From: Terriglobales bacterium
GTDB lineage: Bacteria; Acidobacteriota; Terriglobia; Terriglobales; Acidobacteriaceae
Reading direction: 5' to 3'
Length of the DNA stretch: 64,000 nt
Assembly: GCA_050012595.1 (NCBI GenBank)
Contig: JBEKGW010000028.1
Span: forward strand, 5,387-69,386
The position numbers and the translations under genes are program-made. A model generated the notes under the pieces. That model made no database searches. It saw only the letters and a program-made list of their open reading frames with translations, and was not told where the DNA came from. Below, piece by piece: positions 36,534 through 45,395 of this stretch. How positions within the stretch are numbered: the stretch's first letter is position 1; the number at the start of each line of letters is the position of its first letter.

Positions 36534-37575
36534 GGCTGTTTTCGCCTGCTGCCAGCGTTTGAACGACCAATCGCGGCGGCAAAGTCTGCCTCGAAGCGTC
36601 AGAGACCTCTGGGAGCATTACTGTTGCGAAGAATTGCCGCGGAACGAAATCACGACGCAGGACACCTACACGGTGTACGCAAAGACGTGGATTCTTCCGC
36701 GCTGGGGCAACATGCGCCTGGAGCAAGTCAAGACCGTAGAAGTAGAACGCTGGCTGCGGATGATCGAAAGGGCGGACGGAACCAAGGCCAAAATCAAAAC
36801 CGTCATGTCGGCCATTTTTTCGCATGCGGTTCGCTGGGAGTTCTGTCCCTACAATCCGATTTCATCGGGAATTCCGGTGGGAACGGGAGGAAAGCGAGGG
36901 CCAAGCGTCGGTGTGCGCGTCAGCGCCAAGAGGCGACAAGATCCGCTGGTATTGTCCCCAGAGGAGGTCAAACTTGGCCTGACCGAGATGCAGTTCCGCG
37001 ACCAGCTTCTGGTGTTCCTGATCGGAGCATTGGGAATTCGTCGGGGAGAGATGGGAGCGCTTCGCTGGATGGATTGCAACTTCTCGACCGGGGTCTTTCA
37101 CATCCGCCACTCATACTACTGGCGGCGGGGAGGGCATTTGAAAGACACCAAGACGGAAGGCTCGGCGAAACCTCTGCCCATGCAGCCCGCATTGAAGAAT
37201 GCACTGCTCGAGTGGAAAACGTTGAGCTGTTATCGGCAGGATGCGGATTTTGTGTTTCCGTCACTTCACGCGAAGGGACGAAAACCGTTGGATCTCGCGG
37301 CGATACTCAACCGCAAGATCAAGCCCGCGTTCGCCAAGTTTGGCATCCACGGAGTCGGCTGGCATACCTTTCGGCACACGGTCGGAAGCATGCTGGCCGA
37401 GATGGGCGAGCACCAACTGACCATTCGCGACTACTTGCGGCACAGCAATCTGAACGTGACCAACAAGTATTTGCAGGCCACGGCGGACACCAAGCGGTTG
37501 GCGCAGGACAAACTGGTCGGCGCAATCTTGCCGACCGGCCTCTTGTCGCAAAGCAAAACCACCCTCATTCAATAG
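36532..37575 (+). CDS. Tyrosine recombinase / phage-type integrase
   Basis: N-terminal SAM-like domain (..TYTVYAKTWILPRWGNMRLEQVKTVEVERWL..). Catalytic domain has R (GIRRGE), HTFRH and the terminal ..RHSNLNVTNKYL.. Tyr. The track ORF (from 36181) is antisense to the helicase before ATG 36532. Confidence 0.9.
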   Translation: MAVFACCQRLNDQSRRQSLPRSVRDLWEHYCCEELPRNEITTQDTYTVYAKTWILPRWGNMRLEQVKTVEVERWLRMIERADGTKAKIKTVMSAIFSHAVRWEFCPYNPISSGIPVGTGGKRGPSVGVRVSAKRRQDPLVLSPEEVKLGLTEMQFRDQLLVFLIGALGIRRGEMGALRWMDCNFSTGVFHIRHSYYWRRGGHLKDTKTEGSAKPLPMQPALKNALLEWKTLSCYRQDADFVFPSLHAKGRKPLDLAAILNRKIKPAFAKFGIHGVGWHTFRHTVGSMLAEMGEHQLTIRDYLRHSNLNVTNKYLQATADTKRLAQDKLVGAILPTGLLSQSKTTLIQ

Positions 37576-37656
37576 CCGTGCCGCACGCGATGCGATCGAT
37601 CGACAGCGTCGCGACTCGGCGTTTCCCTGACGTCAGTTTGGAGTTGGGGCGCTCAG

Positions 37657-37688
37657 TTGGACCCAGATTGGGACCCAGATTCTTGGAC
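37657..37688. repeat. Tandem 12-nt repeat between the integrase stop and the tRNA 3' end
   Basis: ttggacccagat (37657-37668) and tgggacccagat (37669-37680), followed by a partial ttggac (37683-37688). Confidence 0.7.
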
Positions 37689-37713
37689 GGGTTTTCTAAC
37701 TGGTTGAGAAATA

Positions 37714-37790
37714 TGGTAGGCACGAGGAGACTCGAACTCCTGACCTCTACCGTGTCAAGGTAGCGCTCTAACCAACTGAGCTACGCGCCT
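37714..37790 (-). tRNA. tRNA-Val (anticodon GAC), CCA encoded
   Basis: Hand-folded 77-nt cloverleaf. Acceptor AGGCGCG/CGUGCCU (one G-U), D stem GCUC/GAGC, anticodon stem CUACC/GGUAG with loop UUGACAC, variable loop AGGUC, T stem AGGAG/CUCCU with loop UUCGAGU, discriminator A, then CCA. Confidence 0.92.
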
Positions 37791-37929
37791 ACTGCCAACT
37801 GACGATTTTATCAGGGAACGTTCGGGAACAGAAGCCTTGAGAACGGCTCCCACAACGCTCGCCTGTGCTGCTTGCCTGTCCTGAGCGCAATTGCCTGTTG
37901 ACAACAGTTACGTCCGATTAGCTCGTCGT

Positions 37930-39738
37930 TCAACCAGGGATCAGGCCCTTGAAGACGTAGGCTTGGAGGAAGGCGATCAGCCCGATCACCGCCGCGCCCG
38001 CCACCGAATGCCACCATACCGTCCGGAAGATCGGCCCGAGGGCATGGGTCCGCTCGTACGGATCGTCGTAGCAGGCGGCGCAGGCGACCATGATGGACTG
38101 GGGATCGATCATCTTTCCCATGACGCCCCCGGTGGAGTTGGTCGCGACGATAAGGGTCTCGTTCAAGTGGAGCTGTTGGGCGGTGATCCGCTGTAGGCTG
38201 CCGAACAAGGCGTTTGAGGCGGTGTCGGACCCGGTCAGGAACACTCCCAGCCAGCCCAGGTAGGCCGCGAAGAAGGGATACATGAATCCCGCTCTGGTGA
38301 ATGCCAGACCGAGCACGGCGTCCATCCCAGAGTAGCGGGTGAGGTACCCGAGTCCCAAAACCTGCGCGATGACCAGGATCGGGACCGCCAGGCGACGGGC
38401 GGTTCGACGGACGGCTTCACCCCACTGCGCGGCACTCAGCCGCAGGACGAGTCCGGATAACAAGGCCGCCACGAACACGCCGGTCCCGGATGCCGACAGC
38501 CAATTGATGGTGAAAATAGCCGCTTCTGGCTTGGCGTTAGCGGGGACCACCGGCGGCATGCGCTGGACCATGTTATGGAGCGCCGGCATTTGCCACTTCG
38601 GCAGGGAGAGCGTGCCCCCAAACGGGGAGCCAAGCAGGGTGGTCTGAAACGTGATTCCCGAAAAGAGGTTGTTCAAGTACGTCCGCCACGCCGGCATGCC
38701 CCAGACGGCGCAGCAGATGATGAGGATCGTCCACGGCAGCCAGGCATACGCGGTCTGGCTGGCCGTGTACTTGTACACCCATTCCGTCTTGTCCGTGGTC
38801 GCCGTCGCCATAGTCTTTCCGGCCTTGGCCAGGGCCTCGCGCTCCGACCGCAGCAGGAACCGCGTCTTGGGGTGCCAGACGAAGCGCAGGAACAGGGCAG
38901 TGCAGATGACGGAGAAGACGCCCGACACCACGTCGGTCATGAGGTGGAAGGCCTGCGTCGAGGACGTGAACCACTGCATGACGGCGAAGGTGAGGCCCGC
39001 GCACAGTGTCCCCGGCCACACCTCCCAAGCCTCTTTCCAGGTACCCCCCTCCATCTTGACGAACGCGGCAACGAGCCAGAATGGGACGAGGACGGAAACA
39101 AAGGGGAGCTGGTGCCCGGCCATGGCCGACACCTTTAGCTCAGGAAGGCCGCTCACGGCCGCCAGCGTCACAATTGGCGTGCCGATGGCTCCCCAAGCGA
39201 CCGGTGCGGTGTTGGCCAGGAGGTTGAGAACCGCCGATTCGAAGGGGGCGAATCCCAGGCCCACCATGACCGCTCCGGCGATGGCCACTGGCGTCCCGAA
39301 CCCCGAGGTCCCCTCGATGATGGCGCCGAAGGAGAAGGCGATCAGGAGCACCTGGAGCCGCCGGTCGAACGAGATGTGAATGATGGATTCCTTCACGATC
39401 TCAAATTTGCCGGAGATGAGCGTCATATTGTAGAGAAAGATGGCCCCGATAATGATCCAGATGATCGCCAGGAACCCGGACAAGCACCCGAAGCTGAAAG
39501 CCGAGAAGGCGGACTTGAGCGGCATCCCGAACCCCACGCAGGCGACCAGGAACGCCGCCAAGACCCCGTAGAACGCCGCATACGGAGCGGCGATGCCGAA
39601 ATGCCTCACGCCCTGTTTGTCGCGATGGGGGTAGAGAGCGATGAAAAACAGCAAGGTGCAAATGGGAATGGCCGCCACAAGCGTAGAGATTAGGACGTTG
39701 CCGAAGGGGTTATAGACCTGCTGCCAGACCGTCACCAT
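37930..39738 (-). CDS. L-lactate/glycolate permease (LctP) family transporter
   Basis: 602 aa and polytopic. ..FSFGAIIEGTSGFGTPVAIAGAVMVGLGF.. and ..TNSTGGVMGKMI.. are motifs typical of LctP. SD CCTCC is present. Confidence 0.9.
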   Translation of the reverse strand: MVTVWQQVYNPFGNVLISTLVAAIPICTLLFFIALYPHRDKQGVRHFGIAAPYAAFYGVLAAFLVACVGFGMPLKSAFSAFSFGCLSGFLAIIWIIIGAIFLYNMTLISGKFEIVKESIIHISFDRRLQVLLIAFSFGAIIEGTSGFGTPVAIAGAVMVGLGFAPFESAVLNLLANTAPVAWGAIGTPIVTLAAVSGLPELKVSAMAGHQLPFVSVLVPFWLVAAFVKMEGGTWKEAWEVWPGTLCAGLTFAVMQWFTSSTQAFHLMTDVVSGVFSVICTALFLRFVWHPKTRFLLRSEREALAKAGKTMATATTDKTEWVYKYTASQTAYAWLPWTILIICCAVWGMPAWRTYLNNLFSGITFQTTLLGSPFGGTLSLPKWQMPALHNMVQRMPPVVPANAKPEAAIFTINWLSASGTGVFVAALLSGLVLRLSAAQWGEAVRRTARRLAVPILVIAQVLGLGYLTRYSGMDAVLGLAFTRAGFMYPFFAAYLGWLGVFLTGSDTASNALFGSLQRITAQQLHLNETLIVATNSTGGVMGKMIDPQSIMVACAACYDDPYERTHALGPIFRTVWWHSVAGAAVIGLIAFLQAYVFKGLIPG

Positions 39739-40031
39739 TTCCTCCTGAGACTTCGTGCGAGGAATTACAACATGTGGAAAGGAAAGTCAACATAAAACGG
39801 ACGGCTGGCTATAGCAAAGCAACCGGCAGATAGTCGTCATCCCCGCGAAGTTCCGAGTTCGCCCGGTCCCTCCTCCGCAAATATGCGCCCCTGCGCCTGG
39901 CGCACGCACGTTCCATTTCCGTCCAGCGCAAGTCCAGGCGGACCCAGTAAAATCGACCGAGTTTCATTTCCCTCGCCAGCCGTCTACAATCGTCACTTCC
40001 AGAACAGAGTTTCAGAACAGGAGCCTCGAAC

Positions 40032-40760
40032 TTGACCGACATTAACTTTCCCACCGACTTCACCACTAACCTTCTGATGCTGTTTCGTTGGTTGCATTTT
40101 GTCGGCGGCGTGACCTGGCTAGGCCTGCTGTATTTCTTTAACCTGGTCAATGTTCCTTTCATGAAGGGACTTGATCCCGCCACCAAAGGCAAAGTCCTGC
40201 CCAGCCTGATGTCGCGCGCGCTGTGGTGGTTTCGCTGGTCATCGGTGCTCACCGTGCTGGCGGGCTTGGCATACTGGGGCAGAATCGTCGCCTCCGACGC
40301 CAAAAACGGCGGGGCATCCTCCGGTGGGCCGATGGGAAGCTTCTTTCTGATCTGGACCGTCGCCTGGGCGCTAATGTACGCCTGCCAGATTCCCGGTAAG
40401 GGCGCGCTCGACAAGGGGCCGGTCCTCGCCGTGATTTACACCGTCATCGTGGTCGTGGCCTCCTGCCTGTTTCTGCGCTTCAACGATCATGGCTGGGAGA
40501 GCAATGACCTGCTCGCCATCGGCATCGGCGGCGGGATGGGCTGGGTGATGATGCTGAACGTCTGGGGCGTAATCTGGCGCGCGCAGAAGAAAATCATCCA
40601 GTGGACCGCCGACAATGCGGCACATGGCACACCCATGCCAGACAAAGCAAAATATCTGGCTCGCCAGGCCTTCCTCACGTCGCGCGCGAACTTCGTGCTG
40701 TCGTTCCCCATGCTGTTCCTGATGGGAGCCGCAAGCCACTATCCGATGTTCGGAAAGTAG
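40032..40760 (+). CDS. Membrane protein resembling the N-terminal TM domain of urate hydroxylase PuuD-type proteins
   Basis: 242 aa. LLMLFRWLHFVGGVTWLGLLYFFNLV is similar to the PuuD-like N-terminus. TTG start with AGGAG 8 nt upstream. Function is uncertain. Confidence 0.7.
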   Translation: MTDINFPTDFTTNLLMLFRWLHFVGGVTWLGLLYFFNLVNVPFMKGLDPATKGKVLPSLMSRALWWFRWSSVLTVLAGLAYWGRIVASDAKNGGASSGGPMGSFFLIWTVAWALMYACQIPGKGALDKGPVLAVIYTVIVVVASCLFLRFNDHGWESNDLLAIGIGGGMGWVMMLNVWGVIWRAQKKIIQWTADNAAHGTPMPDKAKYLARQAFLTSRANFVLSFPMLFLMGAASHYPMFGK

Positions 40761-40806
40761 GAGCCACAAACCGGAGGCCTAGCTGTGTCGATATAGCTCG
40801 GCAAAC

Positions 40807-40841
40807 AAAAACGGGGAGCCTTGCGGCTCCCCGTTAATTTT
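40807..40841. terminator. Bidirectional rho-independent terminator between convergent genes
   Basis: AAAAA-acggggagcc-ttgc-ggctccccgt-taaTTTT. Perfect 10-bp stem. Confidence 0.8.
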
Positions 40842-40857
40842 GGTTCAACGCCTTGCC

Positions 40858-43800
40858 CTAGAAGGTCAGGCGCAGCGAGAACTGACCGAAACGGCGCTCG
40901 TCGTTGTTGCCGCCTTCGGCGAGGCTACCTAGGCCTCCCTTAAGACCCGTGACTGATATTGGCCCCCCTTGGGAAGCGATAAGGAAGGTATTTACATACA
41001 TGTTGTGATGGTTGAAAATGTTGAAGCCTTCAGCGCGGAAGGTTAATCCGAACCGCTCGGTGATTTTGAAATTCTTATTCACTGCCGTATCGAAGCTCCA
41101 CGCACCCGCTCCGCGAAATGAGTTGCGCGCGAGCATGCCGGCTGGAAATGGTCCGAAGTCGGAAATTCCCAAGATCGGGTTGAGAGGCGCAGTGCTTGCC
41201 GGGCCCGGTATGGTCAGCAGGTTGAACACGTTCGGGCCGGAAGAAGTAGGATTTGAGCTGACGTGGAATGTGGGTCTGGTGGCCGGCGCCAGCCGGGGAA
41301 AGGTATAAAAATTGTAGTCGTTGTCAAGATCGTAAGCGGTAAACGGAATGCCCGTGCGCGCGGTAAAGATACCCACCAGCGACCAGCCGCCTAACGCCTC
41401 GCCCATGCCCTTTCCGCTCTTATACCACGGTGTCTCCCAGATAGGCGAGATCACGAGCCGTTGCCGGACATCATAGTCTGAGTTGCCCCAATCCAGCTTC
41501 GGGTCGGAAAAGAGAGTGTATCCAAGGCTGCCGTACCCGTTCCCGGATCCTCCCTGTAAGCTATCGGAGAAGGTTGAACTAATATCATCCAGGGAGTGGG
41601 CCCAGGTGTAGTTCGCGACCATACTCAGACCAGTGTTGCGCAGGTTCTGCGTCTGGAACTTGAAGTTCAGAGCATTGTAGCTGCTCGTGCCATCACTGCC
41701 TCGCTGGTTGATATTACTGTATTGAGAGTTTGGCCGAGTGAGACAAACCCCGTTGTAGCTTACGTAACCGGGATTACACGTCGTGCTTCCGGCGTTCACG
41801 TCGGTGCCACTGACCGCCGGGTCGCCCAGATAAACCTGGCCAGCCCCTGGGAGATTGATATTGTTGAGGTCATAGAGGTGAACGCCATGAGCGCCGCTAT
41901 AACCGATTTCTACCACCGTGTTTCGAGCCACTTCGCGCTGTAGGGATAGGCTCCAGAACTGGGTCTGCGCCACGTGGATGCTGGCCTTGTTGTCACGGAG
42001 CTCGGTGGGTGGAAGGTTGCTCGAGGGACCAGGCAGGCCCAGCGGGCCGAGGTCGTTGTTGCTCAGGTAAGCAGAGGTGCAGGTTGCGCTACGAGCCGGG
42101 CAACTGGTAGTCAACACGGCGCTAGCCGGTGGATTGAAGCTGGCATTGTAGGTCACATTGCCAAAGTTGCGTTCATAGCTGATTCCGAAACCGCCTCGCA
42201 GGCTGCTCTTGCCGTCGCCGAAAATATCATAGGCGAAACCTACGCGCGGCGCTGCTGTGCCCCAGCTTGGCGCCCAGAACTGGCCAACCGGGCTTTGATC
42301 TGCAATATGGACTTGACCCGTCCGAACTTGGTCATAGAATGCAGCACCGGAGCCGAGGTAGAAGTTGGAGTCCAAATTTGATTTGTTGTTGTGCTGCACC
42401 CCGTAGTGCTCATAGCGTAGACCATAGTTGAGCGTCAGGCGTGGAGTGAGCCTAAAGCTGTCCTGGGCAAAAAGGGCCCAGTCATTGTAGCGGTAGCTTC
42501 GCCCGTAGGTAGCCGAGGTCAGCGGCGGAGTAACGACGCTGTTTGCTGGACATGGGCTGACCGGGTTGTTGTTTACGTCGACTGGGCAGGGGAGCGCACC
42601 ATTCGGATCGACTCGGGCAGCGAAGCCGCTGCTACCGCTAAGTATGCTTCCACCCGGGTTGCCCCCAAAATTAACCAGGTCGTCCATGCTGTCCTGTTGG
42701 GAGCCGCCAAGCTGTTCCACTGCCTGCGCGTAAGCGCCGTAGCCGTAGTTGAGCTGAATGTAGGTATACTGAACTCCAAACCGCATGTTGTGCTTGCCCT
42801 TGGTCCATGACAGGTCATGTTCGAATTGAATCGTATTTTGCGGTCCGCCGGCTGGCAACCCCCCCAATCCCGGCGCATTTGAGTTTTCCAATCCGGGCAT
42901 TGAAATGGAAGCGCTCGTCAAGGGGTCGCTACCCGGGTAGAACATCAGGTTTGGGACGCTCTGATACGCCTTGTCGTATGAGGTTCCGTCATTGTAGCGC
43001 GCAAAGCTGAGCTTGGTGTTGTTGAGAAGGTTGTTGTTAAAGGTGTGGTTCACCGACAACAGATAAATCATGTTCTGGTTGAGGCTGCCAGTATCATATT
43101 GCGAATACGCGCTGTAGGTACCCGAACCGGTAAGTGCGTTGATCTGCTCCCTGCCGACGCGGAAGAACATCTGGGTTTTGTCACTCAGGTTGTAGTCGAG
43201 ACGCCCCACAAGGTCAAACGTGTTCTGCGGTGGGCCGCCGCCATCATTGAACGGTACGGTGAAGCTGACGGGGTCGAAAATTGGCTGAGTCGCAGCAACC
43301 GGCGTGATTCCGTTTATCTTATTAACAACAAGGTAGGGCGCGAGTGTGGCGGGGTTGATCGCCGCCAACGCCCCCGCAGTGATTGGTGGGCCGCTGGAAG
43401 TCAAGCCACTAGTGCCCCCGAAGGCGGTGAAGTAGGCCAGAGCGTTTGCGGGTAACATGCTTATGAATGAGGGGTCAAATATCTCCGCGGTCTGGACGGA
43501 GTTGCTTCGAACCCGCGTAAACTCCGTGGACCCAGAAATGAACAACTTGTTCTTGATAATCGGACCGCCGGCCTGGAAGCCGAACTGGTTGCGCGTGTAC
43601 CCGCCCTTCGGAAGGCCGTTGGCATCGTTATTGAACGTATTCGCTGTGTAGGCCGCGAGGCGGTTAAATTCCCACACGGAACCGTGGAAAGCGTTGGTGC
43701 CTGATTTCGTGGTCACATTCACCACGCCGCCGGAGGCGCGACCGTATTCGGCCGAGAAGTTATTGGTAACTACGCTGTATTCCTGCACGGCATCGATTGG

Positions 43801-44469
43801 AACGTCCTCGCCAATGCTAACGGTAAAAATGGCGAGGTTCTCCACGCCATCGAGCAGAACCTCCGTACCTGCTTCCCGCTGGCCGTTTATAGAGAAGCCC
43901 ACGCCTCGGTTCCCGAGCTCCTGGCCACCGCCGCCCATCGACGTAGTTGCGCCATTCGAGGTAGTGTCCCCGTTGCTCACGTTGCCGGAAATTGCCACAA
44001 AATCGTAAGCATTGCGGGTAAGACTGGGCAGTTGCGCCATTTGCTGCGTGTTGATGAGTTGCTGCAACTCCTGAGTTTCCGTGTTCACCTGCGTTGGCGC
44101 GCCCCCAACAACCTCAATCACAGCCGAACTCTGGCCTACCGTCATTTGAGCGTCAACCGTCGAAACGCTACCGACAGTGACCTCCACGGTCGTCCGGTAA
44201 GTTTGAAACTTCTCGATTGTGATCGTTACCTGATAATTTCCCGGGGTAAGGGCGGTAATCGTGTACTGACCAATGCCTCCCGTCGTTGCGATTCGCTCGG
44301 CTCCCGTCGCGATACTTTTTGCCGTTACCGTGGCGCCAGTGATGACCGCGCCTGTCGCGTCCTTTACCGTCCCGGAAATCGACCCGGCCTCCGCCTGGCC
44401 AAAGACCAGAGTTGCGGTCAACAGCAAGCCCAGCACAAGACTAAAGAATACCTTCGCGGCCTTAACCAT
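40858..44469 (-). CDS. TonB-dependent outer-membrane receptor with carboxypeptidase-regulatory-like domain (paralog of 3529-7194)
   Basis: Signal peptide MVKAAKVFFSLVLGLLLTATLVFGQA, then SISGTVKDATGAVITGATVTAKSIATG. The C-terminus is ...FSLRLTF. The start was moved to ATG 44469, which has GAGGAG 7 nt upstream. Confidence 0.9.
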   Translation of the reverse strand: MVKAAKVFFSLVLGLLLTATLVFGQAEAGSISGTVKDATGAVITGATVTAKSIATGAERIATTGGIGQYTITALTPGNYQVTITIEKFQTYRTTVEVTVGSVSTVDAQMTVGQSSAVIEVVGGAPTQVNTETQELQQLINTQQMAQLPSLTRNAYDFVAISGNVSNGDTTSNGATTSMGGGGQELGNRGVGFSINGQREAGTEVLLDGVENLAIFTVSIGEDVPIDAVQEYSVVTNNFSAEYGRASGGVVNVTTKSGTNAFHGSVWEFNRLAAYTANTFNNDANGLPKGGYTRNQFGFQAGGPIIKNKLFISGSTEFTRVRSNSVQTAEIFDPSFISMLPANALAYFTAFGGTSGLTSSGPPITAGALAAINPATLAPYLVVNKINGITPVAATQPIFDPVSFTVPFNDGGGPPQNTFDLVGRLDYNLSDKTQMFFRVGREQINALTGSGTYSAYSQYDTGSLNQNMIYLLSVNHTFNNNLLNNTKLSFARYNDGTSYDKAYQSVPNLMFYPGSDPLTSASISMPGLENSNAPGLGGLPAGGPQNTIQFEHDLSWTKGKHNMRFGVQYTYIQLNYGYGAYAQAVEQLGGSQQDSMDDLVNFGGNPGGSILSGSSGFAARVDPNGALPCPVDVNNNPVSPCPANSVVTPPLTSATYGRSYRYNDWALFAQDSFRLTPRLTLNYGLRYEHYGVQHNNKSNLDSNFYLGSGAAFYDQVRTGQVHIADQSPVGQFWAPSWGTAAPRVGFAYDIFGDGKSSLRGGFGISYERNFGNVTYNASFNPPASAVLTTSCPARSATCTSAYLSNNDLGPLGLPGPSSNLPPTELRDNKASIHVAQTQFWSLSLQREVARNTVVEIGYSGAHGVHLYDLNNINLPGAGQVYLGDPAVSGTDVNAGSTTCNPGYVSYNGVCLTRPNSQYSNINQRGSDGTSSYNALNFKFQTQNLRNTGLSMVANYTWAHSLDDISSTFSDSLQGGSGNGYGSLGYTLFSDPKLDWGNSDYDVRQRLVISPIWETPWYKSGKGMGEALGGWSLVGIFTARTGIPFTAYDLDNDYNFYTFPRLAPATRPTFHVSSNPTSSGPNVFNLLTIPGPASTAPLNPILGISDFGPFPAGMLARNSFRGAGAWSFDTAVNKNFKITERFGLTFRAEGFNIFNHHNMYVNTFLIASQGGPISVTGLKGGLGSLAEGGNNDERRFGQFSLRLTF

Positions 44470-44893
44470 GGGAGTTCTCCTCAAAATGGAAATTTTCGAA
44501 GTGCATGATGCGAATCTTTACGATGAACCTTCGTTGTCAACCCTTATTAGGTCCCGGGCTCTACAATCCCATCCACCGAAATCGGTCCGCCAATGTAAAG
44601 TGGGCAAAATCCTGCGCCTCGAACTACTATGCTTCCGAGGTAGGTCCGCACTTCTTTTACCAAACGACAGTGCCCATTGTTTCAAATACTTACGACTGCA
44701 ATGGCTACCTTTATCTATGAGTAACTGAAGATAGAAATAGGCCAAACTACCAAATTCCGTATATTGGCCCCCGCTTTGAATGTGAATTGCATCGACCTCG
44801 CTTGCCACCCTTTTTTAAAGATGCGCCAGGCTCATCTGTGGAAACATGTAGATTGTCAGACAGAGTGACGCAACCGGTGGTGCCTTGACCGTG

Positions 44894-45340
44894 ATGACCA
44901 TGCCGCCCAACAACGGGGACTTCAACAAGGGTGTGAATCTGTTCAACCGCGCCCACTTTTTCGACGCTCATGAAGTTCTCGAAGACGTCTGGCGCTCTCT
45001 GCCTCGCGACCGCCCCTCGCGTCGGCATCTCCGTCTGCATGTACAAGGTCTGATTCAGTTGGCGGTCGCTTTTCATCACGAGTCCACTGGCAACCATTTG
45101 GGTGCGCGCTCGGTTCTGGAGCGTGCGATGCGCAATCTCAACGGCGCGGATCGCTCGTTTCCCGATCTCGATCTCGACCGGCTCCGCACTGAGTTGGAAC
45201 TCTGGCGGCGGTATCTGGATGATTCCGAGAGAGCGGGGGCGAAAAAAGACGGGAAGAAAAAAGACGGGAAGAAGTTGAACGGGCGGGACGTCCGTCCCCA
45301 TGACGCCCCGGCCCTGCCGAAGATTATGCTGCGTCGCTAG
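44894..45340 (+). CDS. DUF309-domain protein with Lys-rich repeat tail
   Basis: FNKGVNLFNRAHFFDAHEVLEDVWR is the DUF309 signature. The tail KKDGKKKDGKK is encoded by a perfect 15-nt tandem repeat (45242-45271). Confidence 0.7.
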   Translation: MTMPPNNGDFNKGVNLFNRAHFFDAHEVLEDVWRSLPRDRPSRRHLRLHVQGLIQLAVAFHHESTGNHLGARSVLERAMRNLNGADRSFPDLDLDRLRTELELWRRYLDDSERAGAKKDGKKKDGKKLNGRDVRPHDAPALPKIMLRR

Positions 45341-45395
45341 ATCGCCGCCAGATATAAGGTTGCGCACTGACCGCGCCTGCTAGAATCTTGTTCTT

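Larger units (their letters stand above)
31976..37713. mobile_element. Remnant of an integrative (ICE/IME-like) element inserted next to the 3' end of tRNA-Val; left boundary unresolved
   Basis: The integrase is adjacent to the tRNA 3' end. Next to it are the helicase, AbiEii-like NTase, DUF932 and a small ICE-type gene, all on one strand and pointing away from the integrase. No direct repeat of the tRNA 3' end was found by eye. Confidence 0.45.

Noticed and set aside
36316-36825. 169-aa minus-strand ORF as a possible missing N-terminus of the helicase
   Set aside because: It is in a different frame from the helicase, antisense to the integrase, Arg-rich and without helicase-like motifs.
36477-37763. 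428-aa plus-strand ORF in an alternative frame of the integrase, reading into the tRNA
   Set aside because: The integrase frame carries the recognisable recombinase motifs. This frame is Arg/Gly-rich and crosses a tRNA gene.
44485-44884. Possible riboswitch (e.g. cobalamin) in the 400-bp AT-richer leader of the second TonB receptor
   Set aside because: No B12-box-like or other recognisable riboswitch core was seen on the minus strand. The region may just be a promoter and leader.
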